Part shown: piece after piece, positions 1 to 9,353 of the stretch
How positions within the stretch are numbered: the first letter of the stretch is position 1
Layout: the number at the start of each line of letters is the position of its first letter
Assembly: GCA_016179685.1 (NCBI GenBank)
Contig: JACPCR010000061.1
Coordinates: 28,336 to 92,335 of the forward strand
Length of the DNA: 64,000 nucleotides
DNA from: Planctomycetota bacterium
Lineage (GTDB): Bacteria > Planctomycetota > PUPC01 > JACPCR01
Direction: 5' to 3'
The notes under the pieces: model-generated
Told to the model about the DNA's origin: nothing
Seen by the model: the letters and a program-made list of their open reading frames with translations, nothing else
Databases searched by the model: none
Translations under genes and position numbers: made by a program

Positions 1-146
1 TTCGATCGGATAGGTGGCATCGGGCGGCCATCGGCGCGACCGCTCGACGCGTTCCACATACCGTGCCGCAAGAAGATAGACGCCCAAGGCGCACATCAAG
101 AAGAGAAGATGCTTCATGGACGGGTTGCAGGGTCGAGTTGGCTTCC

Positions 147-1829
147 CTATTTCACCGATCTTTCCGGCTTGAAGATGTCGTAAACCCACCAGCAGATTCC
201 AGAAACGACGGAGAGGATTGCTGCATGCGCGATCGCTCCGGCGGTGAGCACCGAGAGGGTCAATACGATCGATTCATCTCCCGATTTCAGGAACGAAAGC
301 TCGTCGAACCGGGTGCCCATCTGGACCGCCGGGCTTGCAAGGTCCATCAGGAAGTAGAGGCCGATAAGGAGCAGGGCCGACCAAGCCATTGAGGCATGGA
401 GTGACGTGGGCTTTTTCCCCGGATTCTGCGAAGGATGCAGGCAGAGCCCGAGAAGGAGTCCGGTCACGGTCCCAACGTTCAAAATATGCTCCAGAAAAGG
501 AGCATTCGCGCTGATGCTGAGGGGGCCGCCGGTCACGTTTCCAAGGATTGCGCCCGCGAACAGTCCCACAAGGGGAAAGACGGGACGATGCCATCGCGGG
601 ATACGCGCGACCCCGTCCGTAGAAATTCCCGAGGACTCGGATGCAGCCCGCGGAGAACACTGCGCGCCGGAGGCATCAGGCTGGCTGATTTCTGCCAGCC
701 TCTGATGGATCAAGCGTTGAAGCCACTCCAGCTCCTTCCAGGACAGCCCGTGCCCGAAGCGGATGGAAGCTCGGTCCGACCTTGCCACGAGAAACCCGGC
801 GAACTCCTCGTAGGCCATATCCAGGTGGCCGTTGGTGTCACGCCGGACGAGCGCGACTTCCTCGAGTTCCTGGATCGGGAAATCCACGGTCTTGCGAAAG
901 ACGAGCCCCTTGAAACAGGCTCGGAGGCGCTCGGGTGAAAGGTCGACGTCGGCAGAGAGGCCATACCGGACCTTGAGCCACCCCAAAAACGTGCACAAGG
1001 GAGGCAGTATGCCGACCAGGGGATTGCCCAGGAAGCCTACGGGAATCGTCCAGAAAAGAAAGCCGACGACCGAGACCCTGGCCAAAGTCATGGTGGCCGG
1101 CCGCGGCACCCGGATTCGCAAGTGACCGTCAGGCGATTCTTCAACCTCAGATCGGCAGTCAGCAGGCCTGTCGGGTGGCGATGCAGGTGCGGGGGCAGCC
1201 GAGGCCACTCGTTCCCGGAGAGAAAGGTCAAGCTCGTGGTAGCCGCGGGTGACGCCCTGGGTCGCATCGTGTATAGGAAAGCGCAAAAAATGCGCTGCGG
1301 CCTCGGCGATTGGGACGGCACTCTCCCACGTGCCCGCGCGCCCGAGCAGGACAGGCTCGGATTCTCCCGACAAGCTGATGCAATAGACGGTGTTCGTTCT
1401 CCCTTTACCAGCCGGCTCCTCTCTCCGATCCAGGAGGACCTTCGAATAGCCGGACAACTTCCCACGCGTCCTCCACACCCAGACGCCCATGGCCAAGCCA
1501 GTGGAAAATGTCCCCTTGCGCCGGTCCAGCACGACCTGTTCCCGTCCGAATAGCAGGGCCGAACCGTAGAATGCGATCAGTATGAGAAAACAAATCAACA
1601 CCATGACGATGAGGGTGACGAAGGGGATGGGAATAACCCCTCTCCAGAGCATTCGGCCAAATTGGAGTTCCCCCATTATGCCGATGACAAGCAAGGCGAC
1701 CGCTAGAACGAATGAAGCCCCCCTGGAGCGCTGCTTGAAGATCAGGCGCTCAGATTCCCAGGAGTCGATACCGTACCGAACATGGGGGCCGCTAGGCGGG
1801 GGGAGGATGAGCTCAATCGATATGGGCAT
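147..1829 (-). CDS. hypothetical polytopic membrane protein
   Basis: 560-aa ORF with several long hydrophobic segments and ordinary amino-acid composition. No recognisable catalytic motif. The overlapping + strand ORFs are Arg/Gly-rich. Confidence 0.55.
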   Translation of the reverse strand: MPISIELILPPPSGPHVRYGIDSWESERLIFKQRSRGASFVLAVALLVIGIMGELQFGRMLWRGVIPIPFVTLIVMVLICFLILIAFYGSALLFGREQVVLDRRKGTFSTGLAMGVWVWRTRGKLSGYSKVLLDRREEPAGKGRTNTVYCISLSGESEPVLLGRAGTWESAVPIAEAAAHFLRFPIHDATQGVTRGYHELDLSLRERVASAAPAPASPPDRPADCRSEVEESPDGHLRIRVPRPATMTLARVSVVGFLFWTIPVGFLGNPLVGILPPLCTFLGWLKVRYGLSADVDLSPERLRACFKGLVFRKTVDFPIQELEEVALVRRDTNGHLDMAYEEFAGFLVARSDRASIRFGHGLSWKELEWLQRLIHQRLAEISQPDASGAQCSPRAASESSGISTDGVARIPRWHRPVFPLVGLFAGAILGNVTGGPLSISANAPFLEHILNVGTVTGLLLGLCLHPSQNPGKKPTSLHASMAWSALLLIGLYFLMDLASPAVQMGTRFDELSFLKSGDESIVLTLSVLTAGAIAHAAILSVVSGICWWVYDIFKPERSVK

Positions 1830-2028
1830 GCCTAATTTTTCAACGACTGACCCGGAGACGAATCGTTCGTCCCTCCGCGTTTGGATGGGGCTCGAGCAGG
1901 GGCTTCAGCGGGGGGATGTCTTCGAGGGCAGTCCCGTTTAGTGTAATATCTTCTAGGTTGACCAATCCGGTGAGCGGAGTCAGATCGGAAGTTAACATGT
2001 TTTATAATATGGACTTATAATTGATGCT

Positions 2029-2056
2029 TTGACAGCAAACAAATTGATGCTATGAT
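2029..2056 (+). promoter_or_regulatory. sigma70-type promoter (TTGACA-N16-TATGAT) upstream of vapBC
   Basis: -35 hexamer ttgaca at 2029-2034, 16-nt spacer, -10 hexamer tatgat at 2051-2056. It lies inside a conspicuously AT-rich stretch (about 1935-2110) in an otherwise about 68% GC window. Confidence 0.55.
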
Positions 2057-2126
2057 GCCACTTTCTGCTGAATGCCGATTATCCATCAGTCAAACAGAAT
2101 CAAAATTGCTTAACAGGGGAATGGCC

Positions 2127-2393
2127 ATGCGGACAACGATTACCATCGACGACGACTTGTTCGCGACCTTGAAACAGGAAGCTTTCAAGAATCACATGTC
2201 GTTCAAAGAGATAGTTAACAGAAGCCTTCGGTCCGGTCTCAAAGCGACCACCCACCCAGGTCAATCCCGGCGTTATATCTGCAGGACGTTTCCCATGGGG
2301 TATCCACCGCTGGTGAATATTGATCGTGCCCAAGAAATTGCCGACCTGCTCGAGGAAGAAGAAATCGTCCGAAAACTCGAACTGCGAAAATGA
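2127..2393 (+). CDS. vapB: type II antitoxin VapB, ribbon-helix-helix family
   Basis: MRTTITIDDDLFATLKQEAFKNHMSFKEIVNRSL fits the RHH strand-helix-helix pattern. Its stop overlaps the vapC start (ATGA at 2390-2393). Start 2127 was chosen for GGGGA spacing; 2121 is also possible. Confidence 0.75.
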   Translation: MRTTITIDDDLFATLKQEAFKNHMSFKEIVNRSLRSGLKATTHPGQSRRYICRTFPMGYPPLVNIDRAQEIADLLEEEEIVRKLELRK

Positions 2394-2821
2394 AAGTTGT
2401 TGACATCAATCTCTTGCTCTATGCCGTCAATGTTGACGCACCCCACCATGCCAGGGCCCGGGCCTGGTGGGAGGAAACTCTCTCAGGTGAAGAACCCGTT
2501 GGACTAGCGTGGTCGGTTGTGCTGGGTTTTCTGCGGGTCTCAACGAGCGGCCGGGTCATGCCTCACCCTCTCAAGCCCGACCAAGCCCTGGACTTGATGG
2601 AGGAATGGCTGGGGTTGCCTCCTGCAACAATATTGTTGCCGACGGAGCGTCATTGGGAAATTTTCAAGGCTTTGCTTCTGCCCCTGGGCATGGCTGGCAA
2701 CCTCACGTCGGACGCCCATCTAGCTGCCTTGGCGATCGAGCACGGTGCTCGATTATACTCTTCGGACAATGATTTTGGCAGGTTTCCGCACCTCCGCTGG
2801 GTCAATCCGCTTGCTGCTTAA
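2390..2821 (+). CDS. vapC: PIN-domain ribonuclease toxin VapC
   Basis: 143 aa beginning MKVVDINLLLYAV with an early acidic residue, and a C-terminal SDAHLAALAIEHGARLYSSDNDF motif typical of PIN/VapC. Translationally coupled to the upstream antitoxin. Confidence 0.85.
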   Translation: MKVVDINLLLYAVNVDAPHHARARAWWEETLSGEEPVGLAWSVVLGFLRVSTSGRVMPHPLKPDQALDLMEEWLGLPPATILLPTERHWEIFKALLLPLGMAGNLTSDAHLAALAIEHGARLYSSDNDFGRFPHLRWVNPLAA

Positions 2822-2869
2822 TACGGAAACGTTACGCTTCCGCATTGCATAGTCATTCCTTGGCAAGCC

Positions 2870-5315
2870 CTAAGATTCAAACATCGCACGCCACCGTGTT
2901 GCCGAAGCCGTCGTCGTCACCGGAACAAGCCATGCCCCTCCGCTCCCGCGCCGGGCCGTGACGGGTTGGCCGTCCACCTCAGCGCCCCGCATGGCCATGC
3001 CGGATGCGCTGATGGCCACGTAGCCCTGATGACCTGCGGGACGCACGGCTACGCCGGACAGGACTCGAGTTTCCAAGTTCCACCGCACGTCTTCCAGCTC
3101 GGCCCCGCAACTCTGGTGGAAGCTCGTCCCGGCCACCCATGGGTGCGGCCGCGGCCGGCGCAGGCACAGGAGCTTGACGCCGGGCCCGGCAAAGGTGATG
3201 TCCAGCCAGCCAGGCTCGCCGCCGACCGACAGGTCCTGATGGTCGCCTGGGTGCACGTAACCCTTTGGATTGACACGCTTTGACGGAATCAGCCCGAGAA
3301 ACTGGCCCGACCAGAATTCATAGGCCCAGTACTTCTCGGACGGGCAAAGCCCCACCCGCTCGAAAGGGAGGGCGAACCGGGCGATTTTTGGCGGCTGACT
3401 CGATCCTCCCGCGGTGTCGAAGGCGAAAAACGCCACCAAGTCCCATTCGTCCCAGTCCCGTTTGAAGTGAAGATGCCAGACACAGCCGGGCGGGTGCTCA
3501 CGGACCTCCGTGGCGTTTGCCTTTTCGCCCTTGCAGACCGCCACGTAATCGGCATTCCCAGGGTCATACGCCGGCTCGAAAAGATCGACCGCTCTGGCGG
3601 ATGCGTCCGGCGGCGGAAGTGTGGCCTCGAGCACTTGCCACCGTTCCTCCGGCAGCGACTGGAGGGTGTCCCCGACGTCGATCTGGCCGCCGCTGAGGAA
3701 GGCGGCGGTCGCCCGCATCCGGGCTTCGTCGAGGGTGCCGGGCAGTCCGACGCACAGGCAGGAGGTCTGGATCAGGCCCCACCGGCGATTCTTGAACAGA
3801 TGGCACGCCATGGAGCGAAGATTCGCCCGCTGGAAATCCCAGGTGATGCAGCCCGTGTTGCCCGTGTCGTTGCAGGTATACAGCAGAGGCCACTGGCCCG
3901 TCCCCGGCAGCTCGGGCCCGCCGCAGTTGAGCAGAAGCGCGCCGGGCAGCTCCTCACGGAGAATCCGGGCGCCCCTGCGGGCGGCCTCCACCCCGGACCC
4001 CGCAACCATGCGCCGGTCGAACCGCCTCTTGGCCAGGGCGTGGCAGGCGAAGCCGAGGAAATCGCCCTTGAAGTAGCGCACTCCCTTTCGATGCAGCGCC
4101 CGAACCTTTTCCCGCAAGTACTCCTGCGCGCCCGGGTGGGTCAGGTCCAGGATGAATATCTTCCCGTGCGGCTGCCAGAACCAGGTCCAGGCCTCCGCGG
4201 GCTTACCCTGTTCGTCCAGGATGAGCCACTCCGGGTGCTCCCTGGCCACGGGATCGAACTCGCTGACGGCGAAGGGTGCTTTCCAGACGCCGAGCTCGAG
4301 GCCCAGGCCTTTCAATTCTCCGGCCAGCCATGCGAGCCCCCGGGAAAACTGTTCGTTCTCCTCGAACACGCTCGGCAACTGGCCCTTCTCCCACCCGAGG
4401 TCGGCCTCGATGATCTTCATGCCCAGAGGAGCGAGCCGCTCGGCCGCTATCCGGGCGGTCCCGAGAATCCGGTCCTCCGTCACGCCCAGTCGATAGGGAT
4501 ACCAACTGCACCAGGAAACGACGGGTCCTGGTGGAATCTCGGGCCGATGCCGGGCCCGCACCAGGTCGCCATACGATTCCATCAACACGTGCGGGTCAGG
4601 CCCCACGAGGAGGACCGCATCTTCAAGCTCGACGGTCTCGCCGGGTATCAGCAGCAGGTCCCCGCCGTCGAAGCCGAGAGCCCATCGCTCGACGTTCCCT
4701 TCCGCACCGGTGCGCAGCTCGATCTGTCCGTTCCAACGCTCGCTGGTCTCGTATCCGGCCAGGAACGCCTTCTTTTCCCCGCGGTCATAAAACACGGCAA
4801 AATGGGTGGAGGCCAGTTGCCGCGGCTTGAGCGTCTGCGGCCCGGGCGATCCGGGTTCCGAACCCGACGCGGCCGTGATTTTCGGCGACTCCTGAAGCGC
4901 CACGACGTCCCCGTGGTATGCACCCTGGACCAGCACGCGCACCTGTCCCGGCCGAGAACCGAAACGAATGGACGACCCGGCCTGGTCCGTCTGCAGCAGT
5001 TCCACTCGGTTCAGCACCGCCTCGGTCCGGCCCGTGTAAGAGAGCTGGCTTCGCCATTGCACGCCGCAGCAGCCCGCTGGAAGGGCTTGAAGCCGAAACC
5101 GCGCTCCGCCTTCGAGCTCGTATTCTGCGGTCACTCCTCCGGCAGCCGCCGGAGTCGCCGCTTGCCACCGGAGGACCCTGCGGCGGATGCCCTCGAGCCA
5201 CACCGCCGGCGCGAGGCCGGCCAGCGAGAATCCTTCCCAGCCCGGGCATCGAAGGTGAACGAATCCGGACGAATCCATCGACGTTTCCAGCCGAAGGTCA
5301 CTTGAATCTGCCATG
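2870..5315 (-). CDS. glycoside hydrolase, alpha-galactosidase-like (GH36/clan GH-D-like)
   Basis: IEADLGWEKGQ (DDGW-like) and RYFKGDF (K-x-D nucleophile-like) motifs, and about 815 aa of TIM-barrel-like sequence. Start set at ATG 5315 (MADSSDLRLET); the 65 aa upstream in the track ORF are Arg-rich and probably not coding. Confidence 0.5.
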
Positions 5316-5365
5316 GGGAACACCGGTCCTGGGTTACGAAGATTCCGAAGCGCTCGCGTACGCTT

Positions 5366-5604
5366 AGCCGACGCGTGGTGGCAGGCGGCCACGCCTGCCT
5401 TCCCCTCCGAGGCGCGCACGCGTAGCCGACGCTTCCCAACGGGATGAACTCCGAGGGGGGGCGGACGCACAGCGACCGCGCTACCTGGCCCCCGGCGCGC
5501 TCGTGCGCGCAACGCGTAGGGGGAGCGGACGCACAGCGACCGCGCTACCTGGCCCCCGGCGCGCGTCGTAGCATGCGGCCGCGCCTGCCACCCCCTCCGG
5601 CGCG
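5366..5604. repeat. tandem direct repeats (about 65-bp period) in an intergenic region
   Basis: Exact 40-nt duplication gcggacgcacagcgaccgcgctacctggcccccggcgcgc at 5461-5500 and 5525-5564. It is flanked by degenerate copies of cgcgtag... and ggcggccacgcctgcc motifs. Confidence 0.7.
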
Positions 5605-5741
5605 CTGGCGCACTTCGGCTACGAAATGAAGATTATGCGTGGAGACTCGACTGGCAGGCAAGTCTCATCGGCGCGGGAATCCCGCCGGGGGGGCGCAGCG
5701 GAAAACTTTCACAAGCCAACTGAAGCCCTTCGGCTTTTGCA

Positions 5742-8700
5742 TCATGGCATCAGCTTTTCAGGCCGGTCCGTCTGGCCCTTGCCGTCGTCTCTGTTTCCGG
5801 AATCGGGTCCCAGCTTTCCCGACGACCTCAAGGATTCCAGGTGTGAAGCGGCCTGGCGATCCCGCGCGTTGACTTTCAGAGCGGACTGGTAGCTTTCGGC
5901 CGCGTCGGAGAAACGCCCGAGCTTTTCGTAGATCAGTCCCATCCGCACGCAGGCCGGGCCGATTTCGGCCTGAGCCGCAACCGCAAGCTGTTCGAGCGCC
6001 TCGTCCGGCCGGCCCAGGTTGTCCAGCACCAGCCCGAGATTGAATCGCAGGCGGGGTCGCTCCGACTCCGTTGCCAGGGACACGGCCTTTTCCAGGAGCG
6101 GGAGCGCCTCTTCGAATCGGCCGCGCCGCACCATCAGGACGCCCAGATTCGTATGAGCCTGGGTGGAATTCGGGTCGAGCTTCAGGGCAAGCTCGAAGGC
6201 CTCGATGGCCGATTCCAATTCCGCTTCGCCCGCTGCCCCGCGTTCCGGCTGCCGGGCGACGAGCAGGACCCCGAGGTTGCAGGCCGCTTTGGCGAAGAGG
6301 TCGCTCGGGGACCCCAGGTTCTGAAGCCGGCGTCTCAGCCGCTCGGGGCCGCTCTCCTCCAGGGCCAGGATCGGGGGCAGGAGCGTCAGCAGCTCCTGGA
6401 GTGCCAGACACGCCCGATCGGTCTGTTTCGCCTCGTAGAGCCTGCCCGCGTGGTCATTGAGCAGCTCATACAGAGCCAGTAGAGCCTCCAGGTCACCGGG
6501 ATGAGCGGCCTGGGCCGCCCGCACGCGGTCGAGCGCCTTGTCCACCTTCTCCACCTTGAGCCACATCGCGCTCATGTGGAGATGCCACACGGCCTGGCGT
6601 ACCTGGGCCAAGCGCTTCATTTCCTCCTGGCCCGCGGCCCCCTCGGCCAGAATGGCAGCGACCGGCTTCATCGTCGTCTCGAATTGCAGGACAGGGTCCA
6701 GGTAGCTGCGGTACATCTGCCGCGGCATGTCGAACTCGAGCCGTGCATTGTCGTCCGTGTGGAGAAGCCCCGGGCCCGCCAAGCGCGCCGCGCCTTCGCC
6801 ATCCGTCAGGAAGTGCGCTAGTAGCGTCGCTGCATCGGCGACACCGATCAGCTCGACGTCGGCCTTGACCTGGGGCCGATCGAGCCTTGGACCCAGCTTC
6901 GCCAGGTCCACTCGAAGCGGCTGCTTCGAGCCGATCAGCAGCAAGTCCGCCGAGCTGGCATACCAGATTCCCATTTCCGGAAACACCTGATGAAAGGTGC
7001 GCAGGATCAGGTGGAACGTGGGCAGGTCGAGCTGGTAGGTCTGCAGCCACTGGCACATGATTCCATCGTCGCTGAGCCGCTCCCGGCACTTCTGCCAGAA
7101 TTCCAGGGTGAAAAGGTCGCCCACGCCGGCCATCCACGGGTTCGACGGCTCGGACGTGATGACGTCATAACGGTGATCGGTGAGGAACACGTGATTGCGG
7201 CCGTCGCCGATCAGAAGCCTCGCTGCCGGATGATTCAGGCAGTCCCCGTTGAATTCCCGGAAGAACAGGCTGACCGCTTCGGCGACCTCCGGAGAAATCT
7301 CCACGCAGTCGGCCCGGTCGGGCCCGTGGGTCAGAATGGAACCCAGGGTCATGCCGCTGCCGAGCCCGATGACCAGGACCTCGCGGGGCGACGGGTGCAG
7401 CAGGGCGGGCAGGTGGCCCAGGAGCTTCTGGGTGTTCATGTCGCCCACGGAGGTGGCATCGACCTTCCCGTTCACGGCGAGGTGAAGGACGCCGGGCGAT
7501 GATTCCTTCACCGTCACGGTGCAGGCCGTGCCGTCTCGGCTGTACCGGATGGCGCCGTGCAGCCTGGCCACTTCCTCGACGATCGCCCGCGGATCGCTTT
7601 CTGGCTTGAGCTTCATGACTCCATAGAGGAACGGGGCGCTCGTCATGGAGTGCATGTCCCAGCGCGGGAGGAGGAAGACGCAGAGGGCGGCGAGGCCGAT
7701 GACGGCCGCGGCGCGGTTCACCCGTTTGGCCAGGCCCCAGGTCCGGAAAGACAGGAGCACGATGCTGCACGCGCCGAAATTGAGGGCCGCCCCAAGGATG
7801 AGCGTGTCCTGCACCCCGAGGCCAGGCAGCCAGAGGAATCCCGCGCTCAGGGACCCCAGGATGGCGCCCAGCGTATTGACGCCGTAGACCTCCGCGGTGG
7901 ACCGTCCGAGGCTCTCCAGACGCCGCGTCCAGATGGCCGCCGTCAGGGGAAACATCGCCCCCATCAAGGACGTCGGGATCACCATCAGCCCGAAAAGATA
8001 CAGGAATTCGGTCCACTGCAGCCACCCGAAGGCGTCCCGATACCGCGCTAAGGCGGCCAGCACCCACACCGGGAGACGGCCGATGAGAAACACCATGACG
8101 AGGGTGAAGACTCCAATCCAGGCCTGGGCTGCACCGACCCAGGGGATCAACTCTCTCGTCGGGCGTATCCACGCGGCCAGAATCAGGCTGCCCAGTCCGA
8201 TCCCCAGGATGAAGGCGGTGAGCATCAGGCTGAAGGCGTAGGTGGAGGAGCCGAGGAGCAGGCTGCAGACGCGGGCGAGAGCCACCTCGTCCGCCATGGC
8301 CGCAAAGCCCGAGACGCCGAAGGCGATGAGCGAAGCCCGGGCCTCCCAGGGAGTGAAGACAACCGGCTGCTCCGGGCCCCCTGACGTCACCTCGGAATCC
8401 GCGGCCTCGGTCGCTTGCTCTGCCGGCACCTGCCTCCGGCCCAGGAAAAGAACCGCCACAAGGCCCACGGCCACGTTGACCCCCACGGCGGTCCAGACCG
8501 TGGCCTGGACGCCCAGCTTCGGGATCAGAAAGAATCCTGTCAGAACCGTCCCGGTCACCGCTCCAAAGGTGTTCAAGGCATACACGAGCGCGACGGCCCG
8601 GCCGAAACCCTCCGCTCGACGCACAAACGCCCGGAGGAGAAGCGGGAGGGTGGCCCCCATGAATGTCGTCGGGACCAGCAGGAGCAGCCCGCACGCCAGC

Positions 8701-9056
8701 GTCCTGACCAGCACCAGGGTCGCCGAGGCGCCGCCTTCCGCCTGCCGGTAGAGCGCTGCGTAGAGTGGCGTCAGAAGGTCCAGAAGTTTTGGGAGAACGA
8801 GGCAATAGAACCCCACGCCGATCTCGAGCAGGCCGTAGAGCCGGACCGGGTTGTTCCGGCGGTCGGCCATGCGGCCGCCCCAGAAGCTGCCGAGGGCGAG
8901 ACCGCCCATGAAGGCGGCGAGGACCGTGGCCGTGGCATGGACCGAATTGCCGAACACGTGGCCCAGCAGGCGGCTCCAGACGATCTCGTAGACGAGGCCG
9001 CACGCGCCCGAGAGGAAGAAACAGGCCAGCAAGAGCAGTGTTCGCCCGCGCACCAT
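5742..9056 (-). CDS. fused MFS-like membrane domain / spermidine synthase-like aminopropyltransferase / C-terminal TPR repeats
   Basis: N-terminal about 450 aa with many TM helices. Central VLVIGLGSGMT...DVITSEPSNPWMAGVGDLFTLEFW segment is a spermidine-synthase (class I SAM MTase) fold. C-terminal has repeated TPR-like helices (NLGVLLVARQ..., AHTNLGVLMVRRGRFEEA...). ATG at 9056. Confidence 0.8.
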   Translation of the reverse strand: MVRGRTLLLLACFFLSGACGLVYEIVWSRLLGHVFGNSVHATATVLAAFMGGLALGSFWGGRMADRRNNPVRLYGLLEIGVGFYCLVLPKLLDLLTPLYAALYRQAEGGASATLVLVRTLACGLLLLVPTTFMGATLPLLLRAFVRRAEGFGRAVALVYALNTFGAVTGTVLTGFFLIPKLGVQATVWTAVGVNVAVGLVAVLFLGRRQVPAEQATEAADSEVTSGGPEQPVVFTPWEARASLIAFGVSGFAAMADEVALARVCSLLLGSSTYAFSLMLTAFILGIGLGSLILAAWIRPTRELIPWVGAAQAWIGVFTLVMVFLIGRLPVWVLAALARYRDAFGWLQWTEFLYLFGLMVIPTSLMGAMFPLTAAIWTRRLESLGRSTAEVYGVNTLGAILGSLSAGFLWLPGLGVQDTLILGAALNFGACSIVLLSFRTWGLAKRVNRAAAVIGLAALCVFLLPRWDMHSMTSAPFLYGVMKLKPESDPRAIVEEVARLHGAIRYSRDGTACTVTVKESSPGVLHLAVNGKVDATSVGDMNTQKLLGHLPALLHPSPREVLVIGLGSGMTLGSILTHGPDRADCVEISPEVAEAVSLFFREFNGDCLNHPAARLLIGDGRNHVFLTDHRYDVITSEPSNPWMAGVGDLFTLEFWQKCRERLSDDGIMCQWLQTYQLDLPTFHLILRTFHQVFPEMGIWYASSADLLLIGSKQPLRVDLAKLGPRLDRPQVKADVELIGVADAATLLAHFLTDGEGAARLAGPGLLHTDDNARLEFDMPRQMYRSYLDPVLQFETTMKPVAAILAEGAAGQEEMKRLAQVRQAVWHLHMSAMWLKVEKVDKALDRVRAAQAAHPGDLEALLALYELLNDHAGRLYEAKQTDRACLALQELLTLLPPILALEESGPERLRRRLQNLGSPSDLFAKAACNLGVLLVARQPERGAAGEAELESAIEAFELALKLDPNSTQAHTNLGVLMVRRGRFEEALPLLEKAVSLATESERPRLRFNLGLVLDNLGRPDEALEQLAVAAQAEIGPACVRMGLIYEKLGRFSDAAESYQSALKVNARDRQAASHLESLRSSGKLGPDSGNRDDGKGQTDRPEKLMP

Positions 9057-9068
9057 TTACCCCCATCC

Positions 9069-9116
9069 TAGTAGACGCGTTCGCAAGTGCACCCGCACCT
9101 GCGAACACATCTACTA
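9069..9116. repeat. palindromic hairpin element, family copy 1 (12-bp inner stem, accc loop, 7-bp outer stem)
   Basis: tagtaga-cgc-gttcgcaagtgc-accc-gcacttgcgaac-aca-tctacta. Inner and outer arms are perfectly complementary. The apex AAGTGCACCCGCACTT is shared with hairpins at 39317, 45594 and 45809. Confidence 0.7.
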
Positions 9117-9144
9117 TAGGAAACCCCAGCGAAATAGGGAAGCC

Positions 9145-9203
9145 CGATATTCCATAAGTGGCCAGTTCACAAGTGGTTAAATTTGAATGACTCTTGAATT
9201 TCG
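9145..9203. repeat. conserved 59-nt intergenic block, copy A
   Basis: cgatattccataagtggccagttcacaagtggttaaatttgaatgactcttgaatttcg; 55/59 identical to 45713-45771. Internal direct repeats aagtgg x2 and ttgaat x2. Sits 150 bp upstream of the aminotransferase ATG. Confidence 0.65.
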
Positions 9204-9353
9204 ATGGGGCTTCAAGAGCGAGTCACCCTATTTGCCAGACACCTCGTCTTGCGCCGTACCGAGTGCAATCCTGCCTGCTCCCCGTACAATGCTTTTCATT
9301 GTTTCCGGCAACGCGGAAATTGTTTCCCAGCTTTCTTGGTGGCGACGTCTTCC

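Noticed and set aside
2052-2126. Upstream ATGs extending vapB (MMPLSAECRL...).
   Set aside because: The first ATGs lie inside the -10 hexamer of the predicted promoter. RBS spacing favours the ATG at 2127.
5316-5512. 65-codon N-terminal extension of the GH36-like gene (MRARARRGPGSAVA...).
   Set aside because: Arg-rich low-complexity and runs into the tandem-repeat region. The internal ATG at 5315 (MADSSDLRLET) is the more plausible start.
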